A DNA stretch of 64,000 nt, from contig JBNKBE010000003.1 of assembly GCA_050287085.1 (NCBI GenBank), positions 271,350 through 335,349 of the forward strand. The letters are read 5' to 3'. Below the pieces are notes generated by a model. It saw only the letters and a list, made by a program, of their open reading frames with translations, made no database searches and was not told where the DNA came from. The position numbers and the translations under genes were made by a program. Origin of the DNA: Polyangiaceae bacterium. GTDB taxonomy: Bacteria > Myxococcota_A > Polyangia > Polyangiales > Polyangiaceae. Position 1 is the stretch's first letter; every line of letters begins with the position of its first letter. Positions 9,786-19,800 of this stretch are shown here, one piece after another.

Positions 9786-10547
9786 TCATACCGTCGGCAT
9801 GACGTTGCCCCCGCATACGGGCACAAACGCTCCAGATATGTAGCTCGCTTGGTCGCTCGCGAGAAAGGTCACCACGTTGGCAATCTCCTGATCGCTTCCG
9901 CGTCGCCTCAATGGGACCCCTTGGACGTAGGCCGCGTCGTCAGCGACCTGAGTCTCATCTTTTTCAGAGCGCGTCCACCCCGGCGCGATCTGGTTGACGG
10001 TGATGTTGTCAGGTCCAACCTCACGCGCCATGACCCGCAATACGCCGTCCATGCCTCGCTTACCTGCCACATACGCCGAGTACTTCTCGAACAACTGCAT
10101 TGTGCATTCGGTGTTGATGCCGATCACTCGCCCCCACTTGCGCGCTTGCATATGAGGCAGAAAGGCTTTGCCGAGCAGCACAGACTGAAGCACGCAGGTC
10201 CGAAACTGGCTTTCGTAGTCGGCGATGGTCTCTTCGAGAATCGTACTCCACGGATGGATTTGCGCCACCGCGTTGATAACCAAGATGTCGGGGGAAAGCT
10301 GCGCCTGCTGGACCCTTTGCCGCATCGCCGCAACAGAGGCCTCGTCTCCCGTGTCCGCCTGAAGACAGAGGGCACGGCGCCCAAGCAGCTTCACCTCGCC
10401 GGCAAGCGCCTCGGCACGAGCTGCGTTCTGATGGTAGTGAATGACGAGATCGGCGCCCGAGAGGGCAAGACTGCGAACCATCACCCGCCCGAGCTCGCCC
10501 GTGGCGCCGGTCACCAGCGCGATCCTTCCGGAAAGATCAATCAACAT
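9786..10547 (-). CDS. Short-chain dehydrogenase/reductase (FabG-like)
   Basis: TGATGELG cofactor motif, YVAGK catalytic YxxxK, ITVNQIAPG. Confidence 0.92.
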   Translation of the reverse strand: MLIDLSGRIALVTGATGELGRVMVRSLALSGADLVIHYHQNAARAEALAGEVKLLGRRALCLQADTGDEASVAAMRQRVQQAQLSPDILVINAVAQIHPWSTILEETIADYESQFRTCVLQSVLLGKAFLPHMQARKWGRVIGINTECTMQLFEKYSAYVAGKRGMDGVLRVMAREVGPDNITVNQIAPGWTRSEKDETQVADDAAYVQGVPLRRRGSDQEIANVVTFLASDQASYISGAFVPVCGGNVMPTV

Positions 10548-10586
10548 TGCGGTCCATGCTAACAGATCCACGCACAACCATCATCG

Positions 10587-11012
10587 CTAGTCGAAGTCCC
10601 GACGCGCGCGCTCCTGCTTGCGTCCGCCATGTCTGCGCTTGTCGGCCAGGCGGCGCCGGTCGGCAGCAACACTCGGACGGGTTCGCTTTCGCGGCCGCGG
10701 CGGCGCCCATGCGCGCCGGAGCAAGTCGATGAGACGCACCCGAACGTCGCGAAGATTCTGCAACTGTGAGCGAAAGCGGTCCCCGACGAGCACCAGCTCG
10801 CCTCGCTGGGTGAAGTGGGAAGACGCAAGGCCTCGCAGGCGAGCCTTTACGTCGGCGGATATGGCAGCGCTCTCCATCACTGCCCAGCGCAGCTCCACCT
10901 TGGTAGCGACCTTGTTGACATTTTGCCCGCCAGGCCCGCTGGAACATACTGCCCTCATCCGAAGCTCGTCAGCGGCGACGGCGGAGCCATCCGGAAGGGG
11001 TATGTCCCGCAT
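10587..11012 (-). CDS. arfB: Alternative ribosome rescue factor B (peptidyl-tRNA hydrolase)
   Basis: SSGPGGQNVNKV (GGQ), RSQLQN, basic C-terminal tail. Confidence 0.95.
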   Translation of the reverse strand: MRDIPLPDGSAVAADELRMRAVCSSGPGGQNVNKVATKVELRWAVMESAAISADVKARLRGLASSHFTQRGELVLVGDRFRSQLQNLRDVRVRLIDLLRRAWAPPRPRKRTRPSVAADRRRLADKRRHGGRKQERARRDFD

Positions 11013-11054
11013 ACAAACTCAGAGCAAAAACGCAGTCTGCCAGCCAGGCCCGAC

Positions 11055-11348
11055 TCAGGTTTCGCTCGCGCCAGCAGGCTGCCGAAGCGAGCGGCGCAGC
11101 GCCTCCTCCAGCTCCAGCGCCGACTCAGGACTGGGGACACAAAGCGCACGATAGCGATAGCTAGGTTGTACCATCCGACGCAAGTAGGCAGTCTTGTCGG
11201 GCGTGCGCATCAGCCAATCAAATACGGCTGGGGGCACGTCGAAGTACTGGTACAGGCGGGCGCCGCGAAACTCTACCTCCAGTACTCGGTCACAAGCGTC
11301 GTACCCAATCGATACCAAGGCTTTCGACTCAACGAGTTCACGCTCCAC
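11055..11348 (-). CDS. KTSC-domain protein
   Basis: 'VESKALVSIGYD...LEVEF....YQYFDVP...L' KTSC signature; GTG at 11348 likely start. Confidence 0.85.
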   Translation of the reverse strand: MERELVESKALVSIGYDACDRVLEVEFRGARLYQYFDVPPAVFDWLMRTPDKTAYLRRMVQPSYRYRALCVPSPESALELEEALRRSLRQPAGASET

Positions 11349-11560
11349 GAGAAGCAGGGTGCCACTGAACAAAGCGCCAGACAAGGCGGGAAGCACCCGG
11401 GCGCTGGCTGTCTCACGGCCCCACCCATCATCCCCCGCCGACCCTTTGGCCTAAAGCCTTCGCAACGTGCGGTCGGATTCGGCGCCCACTTGGCCCCTGT
11501 TCCTGCGTCGCAAGCCACTTATCCCAGAGCCGCGCGCACGGTTGTGATAGATCGCAAGGG

Positions 11561-12907
11561 ATGGGCAAATCGCAGGCCATGGACGATCTGCCACCGGTCA
11601 TGGTCATAGAAACCATACCGGCGAGCGGCACGCATCAGATCCCCGCTGATACGATTCGCGAGGAGGGGATCCCCATTCCAGAAACCCTTGTGCTCTATCC
11701 AGAGCTGGGTCGCGGCGGAATGGGACGGATCCATCCAGCCACGGACCGCAACCTCTTGCGCCACGTCGCGCTCAAGCGACTGGACAAAGACCTCTCCCGC
11801 ACTCGCATGTACCGCGATGGCTTCATCGCCGAGGCTCAGATCACGGGGCAGCTCGAGCACCCCAACGTGGTGCCCGTCCACGAGTTGGCCCTGAGCCCCG
11901 ACGGCGTGCCGTACTTCACCATGAAGCTGGTGCAGGGGGTGCCCATGGACAAGTGGATGTGGGACCCGGACTTACCGCTCGGGTCGACCACCCGCCTCGA
12001 ACAAGGTTTGGAGATCTTCCTCAAGGTATGTGATGCCGTCGCCTACGCACACCACCGCGGGGTAATCCACCGAGACCTGAAGCCAGAGAATATCATGGTC
12101 GCCGGCTTCGGTCAGGTCTATCTCATGGACTGGGGACTGGCACGCCTCACGAAGACCACCCCCGCCACCGGCAGCCGCTCTCAGATGAACGCGCGAGGCC
12201 CAGTCGGAACCCCTGCGTACATGTCCCCGGAGCAGGCTAGAGGCATCCCAACGGAAATGGACGAACGCACCGACGTCTTCGGTCTCGGCGCGATTCTCTA
12301 CGAGATCCTGACAAATTGTATTCCCTACGGTGACGAACTCGATCCGGATCGCTTGATCGAAAAGGCCAAAGCGGGCCAAGTGGTGCCCATCGAATCGGTA
12401 GTACGGGCCCGAGGTGGACTCGGCCTATCCCCGCGCATTCTCCGCATCGTGGATCGGTGTCTACAAAGTGAACCAACTCACCGCTTCCAGACGGTATTGG
12501 AGCTTCAAGACGAGGTCCGAGCATTTCTGCGCGGTGGTCTGTACCTACCGACCAAGACGTTTGAGCCGGGGCAGGTGATTGTGCGTGAAGGCGACGCTGG
12601 CGATGAAGCCTACGTGCTCATCACCGGAAGGTGCGAAGCCACCCGACGCGTTCCTGAGGGCACTGAACTGCTCGCCACGTCGACGGCAGGAGATGTCTTC
12701 GGTGAACTCGCCTTGGTGCTCGACGCACCGCGCGCTGCCACGGTCACCGCCGTGGAGCGTTCAACAGTGCTCATTCTGGACAAGCGAACGCTCAAAGAAG
12801 GCCTGGGCGCAGACAGCTGGATGGGCGCGCTCGTGTTGGCCCTGACCAAACGCTTCCAACAACTGGAGCAGAAGGTGCGTGATTCGGGGCTGAAGCGCAA
12901 CGACTGA
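11561..12907 (+). CDS. Hanks-type Ser/Thr kinase with C-terminal cyclic-nucleotide-binding domain
   Basis: LGRGGMG, VALK, HRDLKPEN, DWG, GTPAYMSPEQ; C-terminal 'IVREGD..FGELAL...PRAATV'. Confidence 0.93.
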   Translation: MGKSQAMDDLPPVMVIETIPASGTHQIPADTIREEGIPIPETLVLYPELGRGGMGRIHPATDRNLLRHVALKRLDKDLSRTRMYRDGFIAEAQITGQLEHPNVVPVHELALSPDGVPYFTMKLVQGVPMDKWMWDPDLPLGSTTRLEQGLEIFLKVCDAVAYAHHRGVIHRDLKPENIMVAGFGQVYLMDWGLARLTKTTPATGSRSQMNARGPVGTPAYMSPEQARGIPTEMDERTDVFGLGAILYEILTNCIPYGDELDPDRLIEKAKAGQVVPIESVVRARGGLGLSPRILRIVDRCLQSEPTHRFQTVLELQDEVRAFLRGGLYLPTKTFEPGQVIVREGDAGDEAYVLITGRCEATRRVPEGTELLATSTAGDVFGELALVLDAPRAATVTAVERSTVLILDKRTLKEGLGADSWMGALVLALTKRFQQLEQKVRDSGLKRND

Positions 12908-12923
12908 TCGCCTCCGGGCTTCC

Positions 12924-15245
12924 ATGGCCACGCCCTCATCACAGCGGCTCCAGCTAGCTCGCCGCGCCCGGCAAGCCCGCGCTGGCAGGGGGTCTGGCAA
13001 CTCGGACCGAAGGTGCACGTTCGGTCTGCTCTCCGCGGCGACGTTCTTGGCGCTCGGCCTGTTGTTCCCCCAACCAACAGACGCAGCGACGTCCAGCGCA
13101 GCAGACTCAACGACGCCCAGCGCCGCAAACTCAGCACCACCCACTGGCCCCGCAAGCGCTGAGCCGTGCCCGGTGCCCGGCCACGCGCTGGTGCCACTTT
13201 ATCCTCGCCTGCGCCCTGCCGTCACCCGACATGACTGGTCACAGGTGGCGGCGCTGCTCCAGGGAAAGGCCCCCTGCGAACTCGGCCATGTCGGTCGCCT
13301 ATTGGCAGTCCGCGCTGCACTGGAAAGTGATGCGTCGAGCAACGCCGCCTACGCGCTACAGCAACTAGCGGACCTCGTCCAAACTCTTCCTGAGCTGAGG
13401 TACGCCATCGAGAAGTTGGAGCGACGCGCCCGCGACGCAGCGCAAAGCGACCCGCTCAAACTGATGAACGCCTCCCGCGTCCTTGACGCGGCAGCCCTGG
13501 CCCTCGAAGAAGAGCGGCCGAACGACGCCGCAGCCCTGTTGGAGCGCGCAGCGCGGCTAGGGGTTGCCCCAGCGCAGCAGCCACGTCTTCACGTTCTTCG
13601 CGCGCGCCATGCGATCGGCCATGGGGACCGCTATCGTGCCTACATCACGTGGCGATGGCTGCTGCTGAATGATCCGGGTGGTCCATACGAACGAGAAGCA
13701 ACTCGTGAACTGACGACGCACTACCCCGACCACCCGCTCTCCCGCGACGATCGACTCATCCGTTTTGAAGCATTCAAGCGAAACGGTCAGGTTGAATCCT
13801 TAGAAGCGGAACTACGACTACTTGAGCCTCTCAAGCCGCGCCTGAGCGAGTTCACCCAGGCCCACGCCCTCGGAACAGCCGCCTACAAGGCTCGCCATTT
13901 CGAACGAGCAGCCAGTGAGTTCCTACGCGCGGCGACCGCAAGTGGCGGAGGACCAGACAGCACTTTGGCTCGTTATCAGGCGGCTCGCGCCCTCGTGCGC
14001 CTAGGCCGACTAGAACAAGCCACGCTCGAATTCGAGCGCGTTGCAGCCCAGCCGCCCAAGAGCAGCCTCACTGGCGACGCCCTCTTCGCGTTGGCCCAGG
14101 CACGCAGCTTTCAGGGCGAATGGGGCGCCGCCGCGCGAACCTACGGCCAGCAACTCACCTCCTACCCCGGCAGCTCGCTGCACATCTCGGCCCAGCGTGA
14201 AGGAGCCCTCGCGCTCTTTGCCGCAGGCGCCCTGGAGGATGCAGCGGCCGGCTGGTTTCGAATGCGACAACAATACGGCACCCAAGGTGAGGGCACGCTG
14301 CATATGTTGCTCGAAGCCCTCAGTCTGGATTGGATGGGTAACGCCACCCGGGCAACGGCTCTCCTTGGAGACGTCATCGCCCAGGCTCCACTCGGTTTCG
14401 CTGGCTTCGGCGCCCGCGACGCTCTCAAGCGCGTCCATCCACTGCCGGAACGTGATGAGGAAGAGTCGACGTCGCACGCGCTTTCCTCCCTGGTGCTGGA
14501 GCTGGAGGCGGTAGGTCTCCTGGACGAAGCCGAATACGTCGCCGCTAGGGAGACGGCGCGCTGGCGCAGCGCTGACCCGGACGGAGGCATGGCCGCCTCG
14601 TGTCGCGAGCTCGCCCGCCTCACCCATGGCCGCGAGCGATACCTGGTGGGTATTGAAGCCGCAGCACGGAACCGCTTCTTCGAGCGACCAGAGACAGCGC
14701 CTCGCTGGCTGTGGGAGTGTGTTTACCCAGCTCCGTATTCAGAGTGGACACGCGCCGCCGCGGCGGAGTTCGACGTCCCGATCTCGCTCCTCTACGCCAT
14801 CATGAGGCAAGAAAGCGGCTTCAGACCTGGTGTTCGCTCCCCGGCCAATGCCCTCGGCCTCATGCAATTCATCGAGCCTACCGCGAAAGCAGTTGCCGCC
14901 TCCCTACAGCTCGAGTTCGACTCGGAACTCCTCCGCCGACCAGAGACGAGTGTTCGCTTCGGTTCCTTCTACCTGCGGCAGCTGCTCAATCAATTCGGCG
15001 AACACCCCGGTCTGGCCGCCGCTGCCTACAATGCCGGCCCGGAGATCACGACCGTGTGGCTTTCCGCTGGCTGGCGACTGCCGCTCTCGTTCTTTGTCGC
15101 GCGTATTCCTTTCCGTGAGACGCGCATCTACGTTCAACGTGTGCTGGCCAATATGATGGTCTACCACTCGCTGTACGAATCCGGTCCGCCGCCAGCTATG
15201 ACCTCACTGCCCGAGCCTGCGGCCATGGCGACGTTGCCTCTCTAA
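12924..15245 (+). CDS. Soluble lytic murein transglycosylase (Slt70-like) with TPR-like region
   Basis: C-terminal SLT domain: IMRQES (catalytic Glu), ALGLMQ, AAYNAG, IPFRETRIYV; TPR-like helical repeats upstream. Confidence 0.9.
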   Translation: MATPSSQRLQLARRARQARAGRGSGNSDRRCTFGLLSAATFLALGLLFPQPTDAATSSAADSTTPSAANSAPPTGPASAEPCPVPGHALVPLYPRLRPAVTRHDWSQVAALLQGKAPCELGHVGRLLAVRAALESDASSNAAYALQQLADLVQTLPELRYAIEKLERRARDAAQSDPLKLMNASRVLDAAALALEEERPNDAAALLERAARLGVAPAQQPRLHVLRARHAIGHGDRYRAYITWRWLLLNDPGGPYEREATRELTTHYPDHPLSRDDRLIRFEAFKRNGQVESLEAELRLLEPLKPRLSEFTQAHALGTAAYKARHFERAASEFLRAATASGGGPDSTLARYQAARALVRLGRLEQATLEFERVAAQPPKSSLTGDALFALAQARSFQGEWGAAARTYGQQLTSYPGSSLHISAQREGALALFAAGALEDAAAGWFRMRQQYGTQGEGTLHMLLEALSLDWMGNATRATALLGDVIAQAPLGFAGFGARDALKRVHPLPERDEEESTSHALSSLVLELEAVGLLDEAEYVAARETARWRSADPDGGMAASCRELARLTHGRERYLVGIEAAARNRFFERPETAPRWLWECVYPAPYSEWTRAAAAEFDVPISLLYAIMRQESGFRPGVRSPANALGLMQFIEPTAKAVAASLQLEFDSELLRRPETSVRFGSFYLRQLLNQFGEHPGLAAAAYNAGPEITTVWLSAGWRLPLSFFVARIPFRETRIYVQRVLANMMVYHSLYESGPPPAMTSLPEPAAMATLPL

Positions 15246-15260
15246 GGGCCGGCACAGCGC

Positions 15261-15322
15261 CGAGTCCGCCCGCCACAGCAAGAGGATCAGCCCGCGCAGC
15301 ATGACTATCCCGTTCGCGGGCC
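15261..15322. repeat. Dispersed ~62-bp intergenic repeat, copy A
   Basis: Hand alignment with 48093-48153 gives 49/62 identities (23 of first 25); both copies lie between convergent genes. Confidence 0.65.
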
Positions 15323-15345
15323 CTGGGTGCTCCGAGCCCGAGCCT

Positions 15346-16137
15346 TCACGGCGCGCGTGCAGCTGGCACGCTTGTGCCCTTAACCGCAGGCGCAAGGGGC
15401 CGACCACGTGCGTGATCCCAAACGCGCAACTCGACACGCCCATCGACCACCTCGACATACGACCCACCGCGAACCCAGTTTCCGGAATTGATGTAGCGCC
15501 TGCCCGGCGCGAACGCGATATCCTCGGCCTTGTGGGTATGACCGAAAACGACAACGTCGAAGCCACGACGCAGCAGCATGTCGGCGGCCTCATAATACGC
15601 GCTTCGCTCTACCAGTGACTTGCTGCGCCACACGCGAACACGCCGCTTCGTTTCTTCGTACCAACTCCACAGTCTATATGAATCGGGATATATATGCAGG
15701 AGCGGCGCTGCCATCCGCGTCAATAGCTCATAGATACCAGGACTGCGCACAAAAGCCGGGTCGTAGAGATGTCCATGTTCCACACGCATCCGCTGGTCCG
15801 CCCAATGGACGTTGAGAAATGGCGTGATGTGGATGTCGGTCCATCCCGTCAAGAAATGCTCGAGAACGATGTCGTGATTGCCGACAACGTAGAAGACCTC
15901 CAATCCTGACTCGAGTAGCGCATGCAGGCGCTGAAGAACCGTCACCGAATCCTTCGCAAGGCCCGCGAGACTCGCCTGCAGGATCTCGAAACCATCCCCA
16001 TTGATACACAGGTTGTAGCGCTCACGCCGCGCGTACTCAATAAAGCTTCCCAAGTTGCGGCTGGCCAGACTGAACGGATTTCCGATATGCAGATCGGAAA
16101 TGATGAGCAGACGTTGCTGCTCGACGTCGATGATCAC
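15346..16137 (-). CDS. Calcineurin-like metallophosphoesterase (LpxH-like family)
   Basis: SDLHIG, NGD, VGNHD, EHGH, FGHTH, NSGNW. Confidence 0.88.
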   Translation of the reverse strand: MIIDVEQQRLLIISDLHIGNPFSLASRNLGSFIEYARRERYNLCINGDGFEILQASLAGLAKDSVTVLQRLHALLESGLEVFYVVGNHDIVLEHFLTGWTDIHITPFLNVHWADQRMRVEHGHLYDPAFVRSPGIYELLTRMAAPLLHIYPDSYRLWSWYEETKRRVRVWRSKSLVERSAYYEAADMLLRRGFDVVVFGHTHKAEDIAFAPGRRYINSGNWVRGGSYVEVVDGRVELRVWDHARGRPLAPAVKGTSVPAARAP

Positions 16138-16640
16138 CGCCTGCCTGGCTCCGGGTCCGTCGGTTCCGCTTCAAAAAGCAACGGCTCTTCGGCGTCTGGA
16201 GTCTGCATCAGCTCGACCACCTGCGCATTGAGTCGGCGAACGCGGCTGCTCAGCCGCCGTAGCAATTCAAAGGCAAACGTCGGATCTCTCCGGAGGCGTA
16301 CCAGCAACGCCCCAGCCGTCATGACCAGAAGCTCCGTTTCACCCACCGCCTCGGCGCTCGCATCCCGGGGCAGGCCCTCGAGAAGGCTCATTTCTCCGAA
16401 AAAGTTGCCCTTCTGTAGGACAGCCAACTCCAGCTGACCCTGCGGTGTGCTCTTGAAGATCCGGACCTCCCCGCGCTGAATGACATACATCTCGCCACTG
16501 ATTTCACCTTCGCGACAGATCAGCTCTCCGCCCTCGTGAGCACGAACGAACTCGCTCGTCTCACCCTGGGTCAGGCGGTTTTTGGAGGCCTTGAGCCGGA
16601 ACACGTGCCGCACTCTAGAGAAGCCGCCGCCCCAGCGCAA
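16134..16640 (-). CDS. Stand-alone cyclic-nucleotide-binding (Crp/Fnr effector domain) protein
   Basis: ICREGE, MYVIQRGEV, FFGEMSLL, PRDASA; no HTH; start uncertain. Confidence 0.88.
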   Translation of the reverse strand: MRWGGGFSRVRHVFRLKASKNRLTQGETSEFVRAHEGGELICREGEISGEMYVIQRGEVRIFKSTPQGQLELAVLQKGNFFGEMSLLEGLPRDASAEAVGETELLVMTAGALLVRLRRDPTFAFELLRRLSSRVRRLNAQVVELMQTPDAEEPLLFEAEPTDPEPGRR

Positions 16641-16886
16641 TCAAGACCGCACCTCCACCCCGGGACGATCTCGGTCTCCCCCTGTCGAAAGCTTGCATCG
16701 GCCGGACCAAACGGCCACCATCCGAGCCACGAGGCGCTGCCGTCAAGGTTGCGTCTCGCAAGACCCGCACGGCTATTCGGCACGGGTGATACGGCACGAG
16801 CCGTCGCGTCCGCTGACGGCGCCCCTCCGACGGGCCTTCAGCAGGAATTGGCGCGGATACGAAGGCGGGGAGCCGCGACTAGGAGC

Positions 16887-19800
16887 ATGGCAAAAGACAA
16901 CAAGTTTGGCACCTTCGCTGGGGTCTATACACCAAGTTTGCTCACCATCTTGGGGGTGATCATGTACCTGCGCCTGCCCTGGGTCATCGGGCAGGCGGGA
17001 CTCTACTTGGGTCTCGGAATCATCATCGTCGCACACGTTGTCAGCTTCAGCACTGGGCTGAGCATTTCGAGCATCGCAACCGACAAGAATGTGGGCGCGG
17101 GCGGGCCCTATTTCATTGTATCGCGTTCGCTGGGATTGCCAATCGGCGCAACCCTGGGGCTCGCCCTATTCGTCGGACTTGCCTTCAGTATCAGCCTATA
17201 CGTCATCGGCTTCTCGGAGAGCTTGCTCCACGCCTTCGACTTGGAGCCTTCTCCGAGCAACATCCGGTTAACTGGCACAGTAACGCTGTTTGCGCTGACG
17301 ATCATCACCTTCATCAGCACGGCGCTCGCGCTCAAGGCTCAGTATGTTATCTTCCTGCTGATCGTACTGAGCTTGGGCAGCATCCTGCTGGCGAGTCCAA
17401 GCCCCACGGTGCCTATCCTCACGCCAGCAACAGCCGACGTCGATCCTGCGCGCCTATTTGCTATTTTCTTTCCCGCTGTCACCGGCTTTACGGCTGGCGT
17501 CAACATGTCGGGAGACCTGCGAAACCCGCGGACTGCCATTCCGCGCGGCACGCTCCTGGCCATCGGTTCCGGCATGCTCGTATACGTGGGTCTGGCCGTC
17601 TTCATAGCGCTGCGCGTACCGCGTCAGCTACTGTTGGACGATTCGGCAGTGCTGACGACAATCGCCAAGAGTCCGACTTTGGTCACGGCTGGGGTGTGGG
17701 GCGCCACGCTGTCGTCTGCTCTAGGAAGCATCCTGGGTGCGCCGCGCATCCTGCAGGCGATGAGCCAGGACCGCATCACCGCCGGCTGGTTCGGCAAAGG
17801 CTACGGCCCCACCAAAGAACCACGCAATGCTCTTCTCGTCGCCTTCCTCATCGGCTGGGGTGGCATTCTCATCGCAGAACTCGACGCTATCGCGCGCATC
17901 GTGTCGATGGTCTTTCTCGCTACCTACGGCTTCTTGAACCTGAGCTGCGCCATCGAAAGCTGGGCCAGCCCGGACTTTCGCCCCGCGTTTCGCATTCCAA
18001 AAAGCGTAAGCGTCATTGGAGCGGCCACATGTGTGCTGGTCATGATCCAGCTGGACTTGCCCGCGATGACCGGCGCTGTGGTGCTGATGACGGGCCTTTA
18101 CGTGTGGCTGGCGCGTCGGCAGATTCGTCTAGAATCCGGCGATACCTGGGAAGGGTTCTGGGCGTCCCTAGTTCGGACGGGCTTGTTCAAGCTTACCAAA
18201 CAGAGCCAGCAACAGCGTAACTGGCGTCCCAACGTACTGCTCTTTCGGCGCAATGCCGACAACCCGGCACTCACGGAGTTCTCTCGTTCACTCGTAAGCG
18301 GCAGCGGACTGCTCTCTGACTTTCTCCTCAAGCACGACTCTAAATCGTCAGAGGTACGCCCAATCCCAGCGGGGAACGCCAGCGCCCCGCAAGAAGCCCC
18401 TCCCTTGGGCGTGTTTCGTCACCAGGTGAACACCAAAGACCCAGCCGATGCGATCCTTGCGGCGGCTCGGTTTCACGGGTTCGCGGGTCTCAGTCCAAAC
18501 ACCGTTCTTCTCGACTGGCCGGACTTTGAAGGCAAGGCCGAGCTCCTATCGCGTCTCACAACGGAGCTTCGCGTCCTTGACTACAACGTTCTGTTGTTCT
18601 CCAGCTCAGAGCGCTCTCAAGAAAGCGTGCGTCTCGCACAGCGAATCGATGTGTGGTGGAGCCCGGGAGCGGGCAACCTTGCTCTCGCCGTGGCGCTGGT
18701 TCGCTTCATCGGTGGCTCCGAGCAGTTTAGGCACGCGCAGGTCCGCTTCATCTTGGTCAGCGAAGATCCTACCGACAACGCGGTGTTGCGCAGTCGCACC
18801 CGAAGGATTCTACAGAACGCACGGGTCACCGCAGAGGTCGAAGTGCTCAACAATGCCCTCGACCGTCGCCGCTTGGAGGACCTCGTCCAAGGTGAGTCCG
18901 GTGAAGCTGCGTTGACGGTATTGGGGCTGGTGGGTGACGCTCAGTACGCTACGCCCGACTACTTTCGAGCCCTCGAGGAACTCCGTCGCTCGCTTCACGC
19001 TGTGCTCTTGATTGGAAGTTCGTCCCATTTTCCGCAGCTGCTGCAGGCGGCGGGCAAATCGAACTCCACCCTCGCCGTCTCCAGTCCCGAAGCTGACGAC
19101 GCCGCGTTTAGCCATGTACTCAAGGAAGCGCCCGAGCGCGTCGCACTCTTGGGGCGCGCGCTGGCAGAGGCCTATGGGGCTATCGTCGCAGACTTCCACG
19201 AACGGTGCACGGTACGCATCTATGAGTCGCGCACGGCCTTGCTGCATAGACTTGAGCGATTGATCGAACGCCATTTTCACCAACTTACGCGAGCCTGTAG
19301 CGCAGAGAATCCGCGACGCCGACGAAAACTCGTCGCTCGCGCCCAAAGTGGACTTGCGCAGGGTGCCAAGGAGGAGCTCAGTTCGCTGCTCGACTCAACG
19401 CTGACAGAGCAGGAAGCCGCGCTCGACGGAAGCATCGAAGCGTTTGTCGGCGATGAGCGCTTCTTGCCCAGTAAGCCAGACGCAGTGGCTCGTTTCGTCG
19501 CATCGAAGAGCGACTTCGCGCCGCAGAAGGGCGACTCTCGCGCGCTGCGAGGATACAAGCGTCGTCGTCGTATCCTTGCCTTCTTCTGGCGCTCCGACCC
19601 CTCCTACTCGGTACGACTACGCCCCCTCGAAGTCTTCTACCGTGACCGCATGATAAGAAGCTGCTTGCAGCCCTTGGTCAACACATTGACCGCGGACACC
19701 AACCAGCTCGCAGCTCATATTGGAAAGCTACTCGACACCACGGAATTTGGCATCGCGGCCCTGGACGGACGAAATGACGCCGGTGCACTCGCACAGCTGG

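Noticed and set aside
16536..16886. N-terminal extension of the 1839-aa ORF
   Set aside because: Overlaps the divergent cNMP gene and is low-complexity; an AGGAG RBS and the family start motif (KFGTF) support ATG 16887
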